From Mustelus asterias (taxonomy: Eukaryota): 64,000 bases of DNA. Within the stretch, counting starts at the first letter, position 1. The number at the start of each line of letters is the position of its first letter. Below the pieces are notes generated by a model. It saw nothing but the letters and a program-made list of their open reading frames with translations. It did no database searches and was not told the DNA's origin. Below, piece after piece: positions 22,920 to 34,240 of this stretch. The position numbers and the translations under genes were made by a program. The stretch covers positions 930,001-994,000 of the forward strand of contig NW_027590154.1 in assembly GCF_964213995.1 (NCBI RefSeq), in the 5' to 3' direction.

Positions 22920-24149
22920 TGTATCTGTTCAATGTTTCCTCTAATTTCTGTCACGGTGTTTCTCAGTCCGCAGTAATACACTGCGGTACCAGACAGCCGC
23001 AGCTCACGGATGGCAAACTTCCCTTCATTTTTTGAAGTGGTCATGGATGCAAAAAGCTGGTCTGGTCTGAAAACATCGCCATGTTTATGGATGTTGATCA
23101 AGAATGTTGGGCTTTTTCCCGGTCCTGATAATACATAAGACCATAAGACCATAAGACATAGGAGCGGAAGTAAGGCCATTCGGCCCATCGAGTCCACTCC
23201 ACCATTCAATCATGGTTGATTTCAACTCCATTTACCCGCTCTCTCCCCATAGCCCTTAATTCCTCGAGAAATCAAGAATTTATCAATTTCTGTCTTGAAG
23301 ACGCTCAACGTCTCGGCCTCCACAGCCCTCTGTGGCAATGAATTCCACAGACCTACCACTCTCTGGCTGAAGAAATTTCTCCTCATCTCTGTTCTAAAGT
23401 GACTCCCTTTTATTCTAAGGCTGTGCCCCCGCGTCCTAGTCTCCCCTGCTAATGGAAACAACTTCCCTACGTCCATCCTATCTAAGCCGTTCATTATCTT
23501 GTAAGTTTCTATCAGATCTCCCCTCAACCTCCTAAACTCCAATGAATATAATCCCACGATCCTCAGACGTTCATCGTATGTCAGGCCTACCATTCCTGGG
23601 ATCATCCGTGTGAATCTCCGCTGGACCCGCTCCAGTGCCAGTATGTCCTTCCTGAGGTGTGGGGCCCAAAATTGCTCACAGTACTCCAAATGGGGCCTAA
23701 CCAGTGCTTTATAAAGCCTCAGAAGTACATCCCTGCTTTTGTATTCCAAGCCTCTTGAGATAAATGACAACATTACATTTGCTTTCTTAATTACGGACTC
23801 AACCTGCAAGTTTACCTTTAGAGAATCCTGGACTAGGACTCCCAAGTCCCTTTGCACTTTAGCATTATGAATTTTGTCACCGTTTAGAAAATAGTCCATG
23901 CCTCTATTCTTTTTTCCAAAGTGCATGACCTCGCACTTGCCCACGTTGAAGTTCATCAGCCACTTCTTGGACCACTCTCCTAAACTGTCTAAATCTTTCT
24001 GCAGCCTCCCCACCTCCTCAATACTACCTGTACAGCTGTAAGAAATGTGAATTAGCTGTGGTCGAATAGCTGAAATCATTCATTACCGAATCTCCTTCAA
24101 ACGTTGTCATAAAACGGCTCCTGTGGGCCAGAATCTGTATCAATAATAC
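22920..24149 (-). pseudogene. TCR alpha/delta V pseudogene split by a CR1 insertion
   Basis: Acceptor at 24151-24150. The 5' half is frameshifted (..FEGDSVMNDFSYSTT..); the 3' half reads PGKSPTFLI..LRLSGTAVYYCGLR. RSS CACCGTG-23-ACAGATACA. Confidence 0.85.
23135..24019 (-). mobile_element. Young 5'-truncated CR1 inserted in a V exon
   Basis: Open ORF end in 23222-24079, tail (CATAAGAC)n, apparent 5-bp target-site duplication AATAC (23130-23134 / 24020-24024). Confidence 0.92.
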
Positions 24150-25125
24150 CTGCAATTAATTATAAATGCAGTTTTTAAAAAAATTGTCAATGTTATCAAG
24201 GTAACGGAATTGATTGCAACCAGTGAAGAAACATGATATATGGGTGATTTCCAAGTCCGTGTCACGAACAAAGTGAAAATTATTCAATTTACTTACTTGC
24301 CAGTTAAGAGCGCTGCCGCTGTGGGGATTTCTGCAAAGTAAGAGTTAATTTGCTCACAGAGCTGATGCTGGATCTGAACTCAGTGAGTTAAAGCTCAATT
24401 GCTCGAGTTGGATTCCAGAAGTTGGTGAGTAATATCCGACCTCACTCGTCATTGGTTCATTCCTGACAGAGCCACCAGGAGACCCCCAATCAGCTCACGA
24501 GTCCTCTGTCCTACATTTCATCCAATCAGCTCAGAGTGTCTTTGTTCTTTCATCCATGACGTCAAAGCGAGGCGCGTGGAACAATTTGAATCTGTTCTCA
24601 AAACAATGAACTGGGCAGAAAAGCATTAGAGAATGGGGAATAGGAGCTCTAGTCAACCATTTGTTCCTTCACCAGGGCCCGCTACCGCTGTTCAGTAAGA
24701 TCATGGCTATTTTACCTTATATCCACTTTCCTGCAACATCCCCATATTCCTTATTTACGTTAATACCCATCAATCAATCGTCACCCTTCTTGAATAAACT
24801 ACGTCTCTCTGTGAAAGAGAATAGTAAATATGGGTATTAAAAGCAGTTTTGTTTCTTTATCAGCGTTAATCTTTGCGATGGATCATTTATGGGTAACAGT
24901 TCATGTTGTTCCGATAACAGCACCAGAGTTTCCCGATTCAAGACCTGCTCGGAGACTTGGTAAACTAGTATAATGACGGATTTTACAGAGAGCGACACAA
25001 TTCCGCCCTGCAGAAATAAATCATTCCGTCAAGTTGGCCTTTTTTATTGTGTTTCTGTTAAATTAACAGTTCACAATCCAGGTCACAGATCTGATGCAGT
25101 GAGAGGAGGTGAGAGTGCGTTTGTT

Positions 25126-25601
25126 GGTTTTTGTACGGACTGACTGTGCCTCTGTAACAGTGTGAGGATCAGCGCACAGTGATACACGTCAGAGTCAGAG
25201 ACACAGACCCGGGTGATATTTAACGGAACCGTTTTCTTGTCTTGCTCCAAATCAGCAGAAAACCGGTCAAGGAATTCGGGAGACGTATCCCCCTTCCGTT
25301 TGCCGTAACTCCTCAATAAATATCTCGGAACTTTCCCAGGATACTGGATGTACCGGAAGAGAATGTTGCCTGTATATTTTGTTTCGTAGCTGCAGTTCAG
25401 TATTACCGTCTGTCCTTCCTGAACTGTTAGTTCAGGCGGCTCCTGGGAAACTGAATCTTGGCCACTGGTTCCTGTAACAACATATGGAATGTGTGAGAAA
25501 TCTGTGAGTGAATATAACCCGTGAAACACGCACTGAGGATTTGCACTCAGACTCACCGGGCAGTGAGACCATTATTATGAGTAAACACTCAGGGGACACA
25601 T
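25126..25601 (-). pseudogene. TCR alpha/delta V pseudogene (leader frameshift, conserved Trp changed to Arg)
   Basis: Leader 25601-25557 is 45 nt with an in-frame TAA. V from 25471 reads QDSVSQEP..ILNCSY..LFRYIQYPG..DSDVYHCALI. RSS CACACTG-23-ACAAAAACC. Confidence 0.9.
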
Positions 25602-26094
25602 GGTTCCTGATTGGACAGTAAACAGCGAGACTCTTTAAAATATTTCGCTGCTTCTAGTCTGATGTCACAGATCAGATCAGAGGCAGCTTCTCTTATGGGG
25701 ACACTGAAGGGCGTTTCTTAGTGCTGCGAATGGCTGGTCTCTTAGCTCTGAAGTCAGCTGAGGGAAATCACGGTTAGTTGAGGGTATAATGGCTGACGCT
25801 CTCCAATCACAATCCCTGGCTGTGCGTATGTCTTTGAAGTCTCTTTCTCTGTCTGACATTTCTTCTGAACTCAACGTCGATCGCTTTCTCCCCAATGAAG
25901 GTAGAAGGTGAAATAAATATATTAAAGTAAGTCTCGATGTGCCGAAGGACATTTTCTGCGCTCCATACCTCTTAGACTATGTGACTCAATTCACAGGGAT
26001 ATTTAGTGCATGAACGTAATCAATAGTTTTACCTTTCAAAAGTGCTGGGGATATTAAATCACCCTACTGCACACAGATTGGGGCTGTTGTTGTA

Positions 26095-26113
26095 CTGCCC
26101 ACAGGAGGGCGCT
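26095..26113 (+). promoter_or_regulatory. Candidate CTCF site
   Basis: CTGCCCACAGGAGGGCGCT; the identical 19-mer occurs inverted at 27506-27524. Confidence 0.6.
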
Positions 26114-26472
26114 TCCACTTAATTATTATTTCTACCCCTGGAAATGCGACAACTCTGAAATTAGACCACTTTTAAAATGTGTCCCCTGGTAGATTGTCAG
26201 CTGTTCCAGAAATTTTACAAGTATCGATTGATAAACTTATTCATCCAGGAGATCTGCGAGTCTGTGCGAATGGACTCGGGAAATGATTGAATTTCACCCT
26301 AGAGGAATATTATCGCTAAATATCAACTTTCCAATCGTGACAATCATTCAGTTCGGCGAAAGATAGCCCCTCAGATGGGGCTGCATTGATGCATTCATTA
26401 TCTGTCCTGTTATATGAGATTCAACTCCATTTGTTGTCCTGATCCCAAACCCTTGATGATCATTCGGCGCCC

Positions 26473-27322
26473 AGTTTCTGTTTGTGGCCCGCGGGAGCCT
26501 CATTCACTGTGGGTCTCAGTGCATAGTAATACAAGGCGCTATCGGTCAGCTCCAATTTTCTCAAGGACAAGTGAAAAATGTTTAATTTCCGGTTGTGATT
26601 CCTGCTGAGGTGTTCAAAGCCGGGAGCCACCTTCTTATACTCATAACTATCGGCTTTGAGCAGATACTGGGGAACTCTGTGTGGATGCAGGCCATATCCT
26701 CTAGCTGAACTCGGTACAGAGTAACTGCAGAATATTGATGAATTTTCACCCTTTGCTGATTGAACTCCTGTTTCTGACTGGGACATTGAGTCTTCGCTAC
26801 TCATCTCTAAAAATGAACAGCAGACAAACAACTGGTTAGAAGGAGTAACGTGAGGAGGATGAGTACCCAAGATTGTATTTCTTTTTTATTCATTCGTGGG
26901 ACGTGGGCGTCGCTGACTCGCCAGCATTTAATGTCCATTCCTAGTTGCCCTTGAATTGAATGGTTTGCTCGGCCTTTTCAGAGTGCAGTGGAGAGTCAAC
27001 CATTTCGCTTTGGTTCTGGAGTCACATGTCGGCCAGACCGGTTAAGGATGGCAAAGTTCTTTCCGCAACGGGCATCAGTGAAGCAGCTATGTTTTTGTTC
27101 TGACAATCTACAATTGTTTCATGGTCATCAGCAGATTCTTAATTCTGGACTGGTTTTAACTTAATTCAAATTCCATGATCTGCCGTGGCCGGATTCGAAG
27201 CCCACTCCCCAGAACATTGAAATGAGAATAAATATGAGTGTTCTCGAATGCAGAGCAGAGGTTGAAATTGACCGACCTGTGATTAGGGCAATAAACAGTG
27301 GCAGACAGATTTTCACCCCCAT
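26473..27322 (-). pseudogene. TCR alpha/delta V pseudogene (lost the WYxQ motif and second Cys)
   Basis: Leader MGVKICLPLFIALIT (27322-27277); acceptor 26808-26807. V reads EDSMSQSE..IFCSY..LELTDSALYYYALRP. RSS CACAGTG-23-ACAGAAACT. Confidence 0.9.
26880..27225 (-). mobile_element. tRNA-head SINE in the V leader intron
   Basis: TTTTTATTCATTCGTGGGAC tail and GGATTCGAA B-box region; same family as 6480-6870. Confidence 0.72.
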
Positions 27323-27505
27323 GGTTCCAGTCTGAAATCCGGAAACAGAGACAGTGGCTGTATTAGACCTGCAATTGGAATTTCGTTATCAGCTGGGGGC
27401 GGGGGGTTATGAGTCAAATGCGATTTCTTCTCCCCACCCATTTTCACGTCTTCAAACACTGTCTTTCTCGAGAAGGGGATCATGATCTCTCATAACTAAT
27501 CGGAG

Positions 27506-27524
27506 AGCGCCCTCCTGTGGGCAG
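27506..27524 (-). promoter_or_regulatory. Candidate CTCF site in the V promoter
   Basis: AGCGCCCTCCTGTGGGCAG is the reverse complement of 26095-26113 and lies ~185 bp upstream of ATG 27322. Confidence 0.6.
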
Positions 27525-28289
27525 CATGGCCATATGTTGGAAACAGATACACACGTGCAAAAATACACGCTTGTTGAGATCCACATCTATCAGAGACAAA
27601 GGAGAACAGCACAATAAGTTTGTTTCATTGGGTGCCGGGGAGGAATAGGTGACAGAGACTTCGTAAATGTTCACAAGCAACTCATTGGGAGTGCAGCGTT
27701 GTTATACTGAAGAAAGTAAGGGGGATTCCATGTGTTGAAATAAATCCATTAAATTCTGCTCGTTCAGCCCGAACGTTTCAATGGAGAGGAGACACAAGAT
27801 GAAAAGCTTGTGACCTGTGTCGACATATTTTGACTAATTTGGACAGTGATGCTTTCGTCTTATCGAATCTTCTGGCATTCATTTTGGTGGATTTAGTTAT
27901 TTTCAAAGTACTGTCTGTCTGTCTATTTCACTATCTATACACTTGTATTTACCGATCTGTTGTTGCACTAATTCTCTTTGTATATCGATCCCAATGTGTC
28001 TATGTCTTTAGCTGTCTCACTCATCCCGTCAATCTATCAAAAACACCCCATTCTGTATCTGAATTTGTCAGCTTATCAATTCGTCCATCCTTTCGTCCGC
28101 TCCATCTATCCATCCATTGTTAACTGATGTTTCCCTTGCTTAACATGCCTGAATACCAGCAAAATGATCCAAAAATAGAAACAAAATAGCGTATATTTAG
28201 AAAACAATGTGAAATCGCGGGGAGGTGGTTGGTTGTTCCCTTTATTTTCTCTCACCATCTAAATTATGTGTTGGAACATTTGTTCGGAA

Positions 28290-29015
28290 GAGTCGCATAC
28301 AGAGGAATCTGGGCATGCTGGTCCACAGTTCCCTAAAAGGGGTAACACAGGTGGCCAAGGCGATTAATAAGGCATGTGGCATGCTTGCCTTCATCAGCCG
28401 GGACATGGAGTACAGGAGTTAGAAAATCATGTAGCAGTTGTATAAAACCTTGGTTAGTTCGCATTTCGAGTATTGCCTGCAGTTCTGGTCCCCACCCTAC
28501 CAGAAGGACGTGGAAGCTTTGGAGAGAATGCTAAGAAGGTTCACTAGGGTGTTGCCTGGTCTGGGGGGTGTTGGCAATGAGGAGAGGTTTAATTAGCTAG
28601 GTTTATTTTCACTGGAAAGACGGAAGCTGGGGGGAGACCTGACAGGAGTCTACAAAATTATGAGAGGCATAGGCAGGTTGGATAGTCAGAGGTCCTTTTT
28701 CCTAGAATGGAAGTGTCAATTCGAAAGAGGCACAAGTTCAAGGTGAGATGGGGAAAGTTTAAGGGAGAGGTGCGAGGGAAGTTTTTCATGCACATAGTGG
28801 TGGATGGCTGAAACGCGCTGCCAGAGCATGTGGTGGAAGCATACACATTAGCAACATTCCAGAGGCATCTGGATGGGTACATGAATATGGAGCAAATAGA
28901 GGGATACGGACCGAGTAAGGGCAAAGGGTTTCTTTTAGTTAGGGCATCATGATCGGCACACGTTTGGAGAGCCGAAGGCTCTATGCTGCAATTTTCTTTG
29001 TTCTCTTTTGTTCTT
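28290..29015 (+). mobile_element. Decayed CR1 3' fragment
   Basis: Degenerate ..GMLAFISR..FSLERR..GDL.. similarity and a TTCTTTGTTC tail. Confidence 0.82.
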
Positions 29016-29967
29016 GAAATAAACGTACATCTTTTGCTTGTAAATGCTTAATTAATACATCCAAATGCAGTTGCAAGAATTACATGCCTTGAGTGAAAGA
29101 TTGAAATAACGAATTACACATATTTATAGTTTTTCAGTAAGTTCTAAGGATTTACATACAACAAAGTTTTTTCCAACGGCGGTCACTGCCATAATGTAAG
29201 AGCCATTCGGTCGTTCGAGTCTGCACTGTCATTCAATAAGATCAGGACTGAACTGATGTAATAATCCTCAACTCCATTTTCCCGCCTTATCTCCATGACA
29301 TTTGATTCCATTACTGGTTAAAATCGGCCTATCTCAGCCCTGAACATACTTAAAGACTCAACCTCCACAACATTTTGCACAAATCATTCCACAAAATCAC
29401 TGTCCTCTCAGAAGAAATTCCTCCTCATATCGGTCTTCGATGGGCATCTTTTCCTACAAGGGGAAGCAACCTCTCACCATCTACTGTGCCAATACTCTTA
29501 AGATAAATCTCTTAAGGATATGCCAATTAGACATTAAACTGTGTCTCATCTTAATTTGAAATCAACCTCTTCAGAACAATAAGAGTTTAGTTTGTCGTTC
29601 GGATCTATTGAAGATCCAACTGTCCATACGTATATATCTTGCTCTCTGCTCAGTGGGATGGGGTGTTAACCTTCAACTTTCCTGAAAAGGCAGCGTTCGT
29701 GACCCAAATAGATTCATCTGCTTCAGCGATGACCTTCCTTCCATCATAATTTAGACAACGTTTCCCGACAATTCCATAATGCTCTGAAGCATTCCGAACC
29801 TCTGAGAAACTTAAATAGTCGATTTTGGCATGTAGGGATTGCAATGGTCGATATGTGGCAAACATCATTCGTGCCACAAAAAGTGTCAATCAGTCATCAT
29901 TTCCGACAACAGGGTTTCTAACATTCTACGATTTCACGTCAACTGCCTTTCCATCGCTGAATCCCCC

Positions 29968-32325
29968 CAGTAGGAAAATACTCAAACGGGGAATTAGAAG
30001 AGCAAAAAGGGGTCACGAAATGTTCTTGGCAGACAGGATTAAGGAGAATCCCAAGGCATTTTATTCATACGTTAGGAACAAAAGGGTTGTTAGGGAAAAA
30101 ATCGGACCTCTCAGGGACAAAAGTGGGGACTTATGCTTGGAGCCCAAAGAGGTAGGGGAGATCCTAAATGAATACTTTGCGTCGGTATTCACAAAGGAGA
30201 GGGATGTGTTGACTGGGAGTGTCTCGGAGGGGAGTGTTGAACCGTTGGAGAAAATCTCCATTACAAAGGAGGAAGTGTTAGGTTTGTTAGAGAATATAAA
30301 GACTGACAAATCCCCAGGGCCTGATGGAATCTATCCAAGGCTGCTCAGGGAGACGAGAGGTGAAATCGTTGGGCCTCTGACGCAAATCTTTGTCTCGTCA
30401 CTGGACACAGGTGAGGTCCCAGAGGATTGGAGGATAGCCAATGTGGTCCCGTTATTTAAGAAGGGTAGGAAGGATAACCCGGGTAATTATAGGCCGGTGA
30501 GCTTGACGTCCGTGGTGGGGAAGTTGTTGGAGAAGATTCTTAAAGATAGGATGCATGCGCATTTAGAAAGGAATAAACTCATTAACGATAGTCAACATGG
30601 TTTTGTGAGAGGGAGGTCATGCCTCACTAACCTGGTGGTGTTTTTTGAAGAAGTGACCAAAATGGTTGACGAAGGAAGGGCCGTGGATGTTGTCTATATG
30701 GACTTTAGTAAAGCGTTTGACAAAGTCCCTCATGGTAGGCTAGTGAAAAAGGTTGGATCCCATGGGATAAAGGGGGAGGTGGCTAGATGGGTGGAGAACT
30801 GGCTTGGTCATAGAAGACAGAGGGTGGTAGTGGAAGGGTCTTTTTCCGGCTGGAGGCCTGTGACTAGTGGTGTACCGCAGGGCTCTGTATTGGGACCTCT
30901 GCTGTTTGTGATTTATATAAATGATCTGGAAGAAGGAGTAACTGGGGTGATCAGTAAGTTTGCGGACGACACAAAACTGGCAGGACTTGCAGATAGTGAG
31001 GAACATAGTCAGAGGCTACAGAAGGATATAGATAGGCTGGAAATTTGGGCAAGGAAATGGCAGATGGAGTTCAATCCTGATAAATGCGAAGTGATGCATT
31101 TTGGTGGGAATAATGTAGGGAGGAGCTACACGATAAATGGAAGAACCATAAAGGGTGTAGAGACGCAGAGGGACCTGGGTGTGCAAGTCCACAGATCTTG
31201 GAAGGTGACGTCACAGGTGGAGAAGGTGGTGAAGAAGGCATATGGCATGCTTGCCTTTATAGGACTAGGCATAGAGTATAAAAGTTGGGGTCTGATGTTG
31301 CAGTTGTATAGAACGTTGGTTCGGCCGCATTTGGAATACTGCGTCCAGTTCTGGTCGCCACACTACCAGAAGGACGTGGAGGCTTTGGAGAGAGTACAGA
31401 GGAGGTTTCCCAGGATGTTGCCTGGTACGGAGGGGCTTGGTTATGAGGAGAGATTGGGGAAACTGGGGTTGTTCTCCTTGGAAAGACGGAGGATGAGGGG
31501 AGACTTAATAGAGGTGTATAAAATTATGAAATGCATGGATAGGGCGAACGGTGGGAAGCTTTTCCCCAGGTCGGTGGTGACGTTCACGAGGGGTCATAGG
31601 TTCAAGGTGAAGGGGGGGAGGTTTAACACAGATATCAGAAGGACATATTTCACACAGAGGGTCGTGGGGGCCTGGAATGTGTTGCCGGGCAAGGTGGTGG
31701 AGGCGGACACACTGGGAACGTTTAAGACTTATCTAGACAGCTATATGAACGGAGTGGGAATGGAGGGATACAAAAGAGTGGTCTAGTTTGGACCAGGGAG
31801 CGGCGCGGGCTAATTGTTCCTTGTTTCTCGTTTCAAGGCTTCATTCTATGATCATCTTGCTGGTGCCAGTACAGAGCGAGACTGCGGATAGTTGGGAACC
31901 TGTCTCGGGGGCAGGGAATTCATATGGTGTTCGTGGAAGTGGAAATGACTAGGGTTGGGAAGCATTTTCCGATCAGGGCCATTGTGATCTCCTGGACTCG
32001 TTTCGATCGCCTCAGGGGGTCGGAGAGGAATTTCCCAGATTTTGTTTCCCCCATATTGGCCCTGGGGTTTTTCACTCTGGGTTTTCGCCTCTCCCTGGAG
32101 ATCACATGGTCTGGAATGGGGGGGGTGGGGGTGAGTTAATAGGTTGTAATGAACAAAGCATCGTTGCTGTGAGGGACAGCTCGGTGGATAGGATATTGGT
32201 ATGTAGATAGGCTGGAAAATTGGGCGGGGATCCTGGATTCAGGATTCAATCCTGGGCCGGGGAGCGGCGCGGGCTTGGAGGGCCGAAGGGCCTGTTCCTG
32301 TGCTGTATTGTTCTTTGTTCTTTGT
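29968..32325 (+). mobile_element. Young 5'-truncated CR1 LINE with uninterrupted RT ORF and an expanded 3' UTR
   Basis: ORF to 31786 (KSPGPDG, QHGF, DFSKAFD, PQGSVLGP, KFADD) with no endonuclease domain. (TTCTTTG)n tail at ~32310. Confidence 0.95.
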
Positions 32326-33162
32326 TTGTACCTACACCCTGGCGCTTCCCATTGATCGATCTTTAAAACACTGGCTGCAAGAGCCTGTCAGACATGGGGA
32401 ATTTCCCTGACTCCCCAAAGTCTGACTGCTAACTACAAGGCACCGTCAAAAATGTGAAGGCATATTTTCTGTCTACTTAGATGAGTGGATCTCCAGCAAT
32501 CTCCAAATGCTCGATATCAGCCACAGCTACTTGACTGCTACCCCGCCGACCACCTTAAACATTCACTCCTTCCACTAAAAGCACACGAAGATAGCACCAT
32601 TCTACAAGGTGAAATGCAGCAAATCGCCAAGAGCACTTAGACAGCACCTTACAAACCTACCACCCAGAAAAAGAAGCACAACGCGGCAGGAGAGCCACAC
32701 CATCTCCAAGTTCCCGAACAAGAGTGCAGCTGTATAGAATGGCAGCTCACTCATTCCTCTTTAAGATCAATTAGGGATGAGCAACACATTCTAGCATCAT
32801 CTGAGGTGATGAAATCCTTTGTAAGTGTGAACGAAACTTAAACTTTGAGGGGGAGTCACCGTTCCCTAAAATGAAACTAAGGGCATTTAAGAGTACAGAA
32901 TACCCTGGAATAAAATCAAAAGCTCGAGCTATGGGCACAATATAACCAGAGAGTGCTTCATGTTCACGCTGTTCTTTCATTCCAAAGTCATGAACACAGG
33001 ATGGGTAATGTCTGTCACTCAGCACGGGCTGCTTCAATTTACTGATAGCTGGCTCACCACCCACCGGCCTCACAGCGCCCCCAGAGATACAGAAAGTGAG
33101 ATGTAGATACCTGAGTTTCCAACAGATTACCTCACCCCCATTTCACATTGCGGATAGCGGCA

Positions 33163-33668
33163 ATGCAGCTGCTCAGCATCTGGGTTGTGTGGGCAGGATT
33201 TATGACAGTTAATTGATGATTAAATGCATTTAATCTTTTCTCTGATTTATCAAGCATGGTTCAAACCTTACCAATGGCAATGGAAGCTTGATCTGTTTCT
33301 CTGTGATTGCCTTTTTTCCGGATCTAATTAATGCGGATTCTGTCACCCAGCTTCTCTCCTGAGGTGCTGAGACAGAACGAGAAGCGGTGGCAATGACCTG
33401 TACCGATGACACCACAAAGAGGAGCTACAGATTAGTTTGGCACTGTCAGCGCCCAGAGTTTCAGCCTGCGTTCATCGTGTGGTAAAGCTCTGGGGGCTCT
33501 AAATTTAAAGCAGATTTTTGCTAAAATCCGTTTGTCTGCTGAACTCCAGACCGGGACTAAATTCATCAGCTTAATCATCTCGTGTCTGCAGCTGACTGAC
33601 GCTGGCGGCCATGAATGCGCTTTCAGTCTCACAGTAATAGAATACAGTCTTATTGCCGTCCAGAAACC
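33163..33668 (+). pseudogene. TCR alpha/delta V pseudogene, paralog of 17391 and 163
   Basis: Leader MQLLSIWVVWAGFMT with donor GT changed to TT; acceptor AG changed to GG; stops and a frameshift; ends ..LQLTDAGGHECAFSL. RSS CACAGTA(33630-33636)-23-CCAGAAACC. Confidence 0.88.
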
Positions 33669-33939
33669 ATCAGCGGCAGGTCCTGCCTGCTGCGGGGGAA
33701 GATTCAGTCGCAATGAACAGTGCCGCCGTCGGACGCTCAAACACAGCGAGTGGAAACCAGATTAACCTCGGGCCAAACTGTCACTCAACCGTGACAAGGA
33801 GCGGCTGAGAAAACAAACTCACGAACCAATGGGACAGAGACATAGCACAGAACCTTGTTTGAAATTATACCTTCTCATTCCCACTCTCAACAAACCTCGG
33901 TCTTGTGAGACCTATCAGGGGTGAATCCAAGCATCCAGA

Positions 33940-34240
33940 GTGGCGCAGTGGTTAGCACTGCTGCCTGGGAGCTGCCTCGGTTCGATTCCCGGCTTGGGTC
34001 ACTGTCTGTGTGGCGATTGCACATTCTCCCCGTGTCTGAGCGGGTTTCCTCCAAGTGCTCCGGTTTTCTCCCACAGTCGAAAGATGCGCGAGTTAGGTTA
34101 ATTGGCCATGCTAAATTGCTCTTTATTGCCTTGGCTGTGTAGGCTAAAGGGATGTGTGAGGTCGTGGAATAAGGCCCAAATGGGATTGTTGGCGGTGCAG
34201 GCTCGATGGGCCGAATGGTCTCCTGCACTGTATGGTTTCT
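33940..34240 (+). mobile_element. HE1-like tRNA-derived SINE
   Basis: TGGCGCAGTGGTTAGCACTG A-box, GGTTCGATTCC B-box, and CR1-like tail GATGGGCCGAATGG..TTCTGTGATTC. Confidence 0.85.

Noticed and set aside
29825-31786. 653-aa ORF as a host gene or domesticated RT fusion
   Set aside because: The first ~48 codons are flanking read-through from a TTG start; the rest is ordinary 5'-truncated CR1 ORF2 with a LINE tail.
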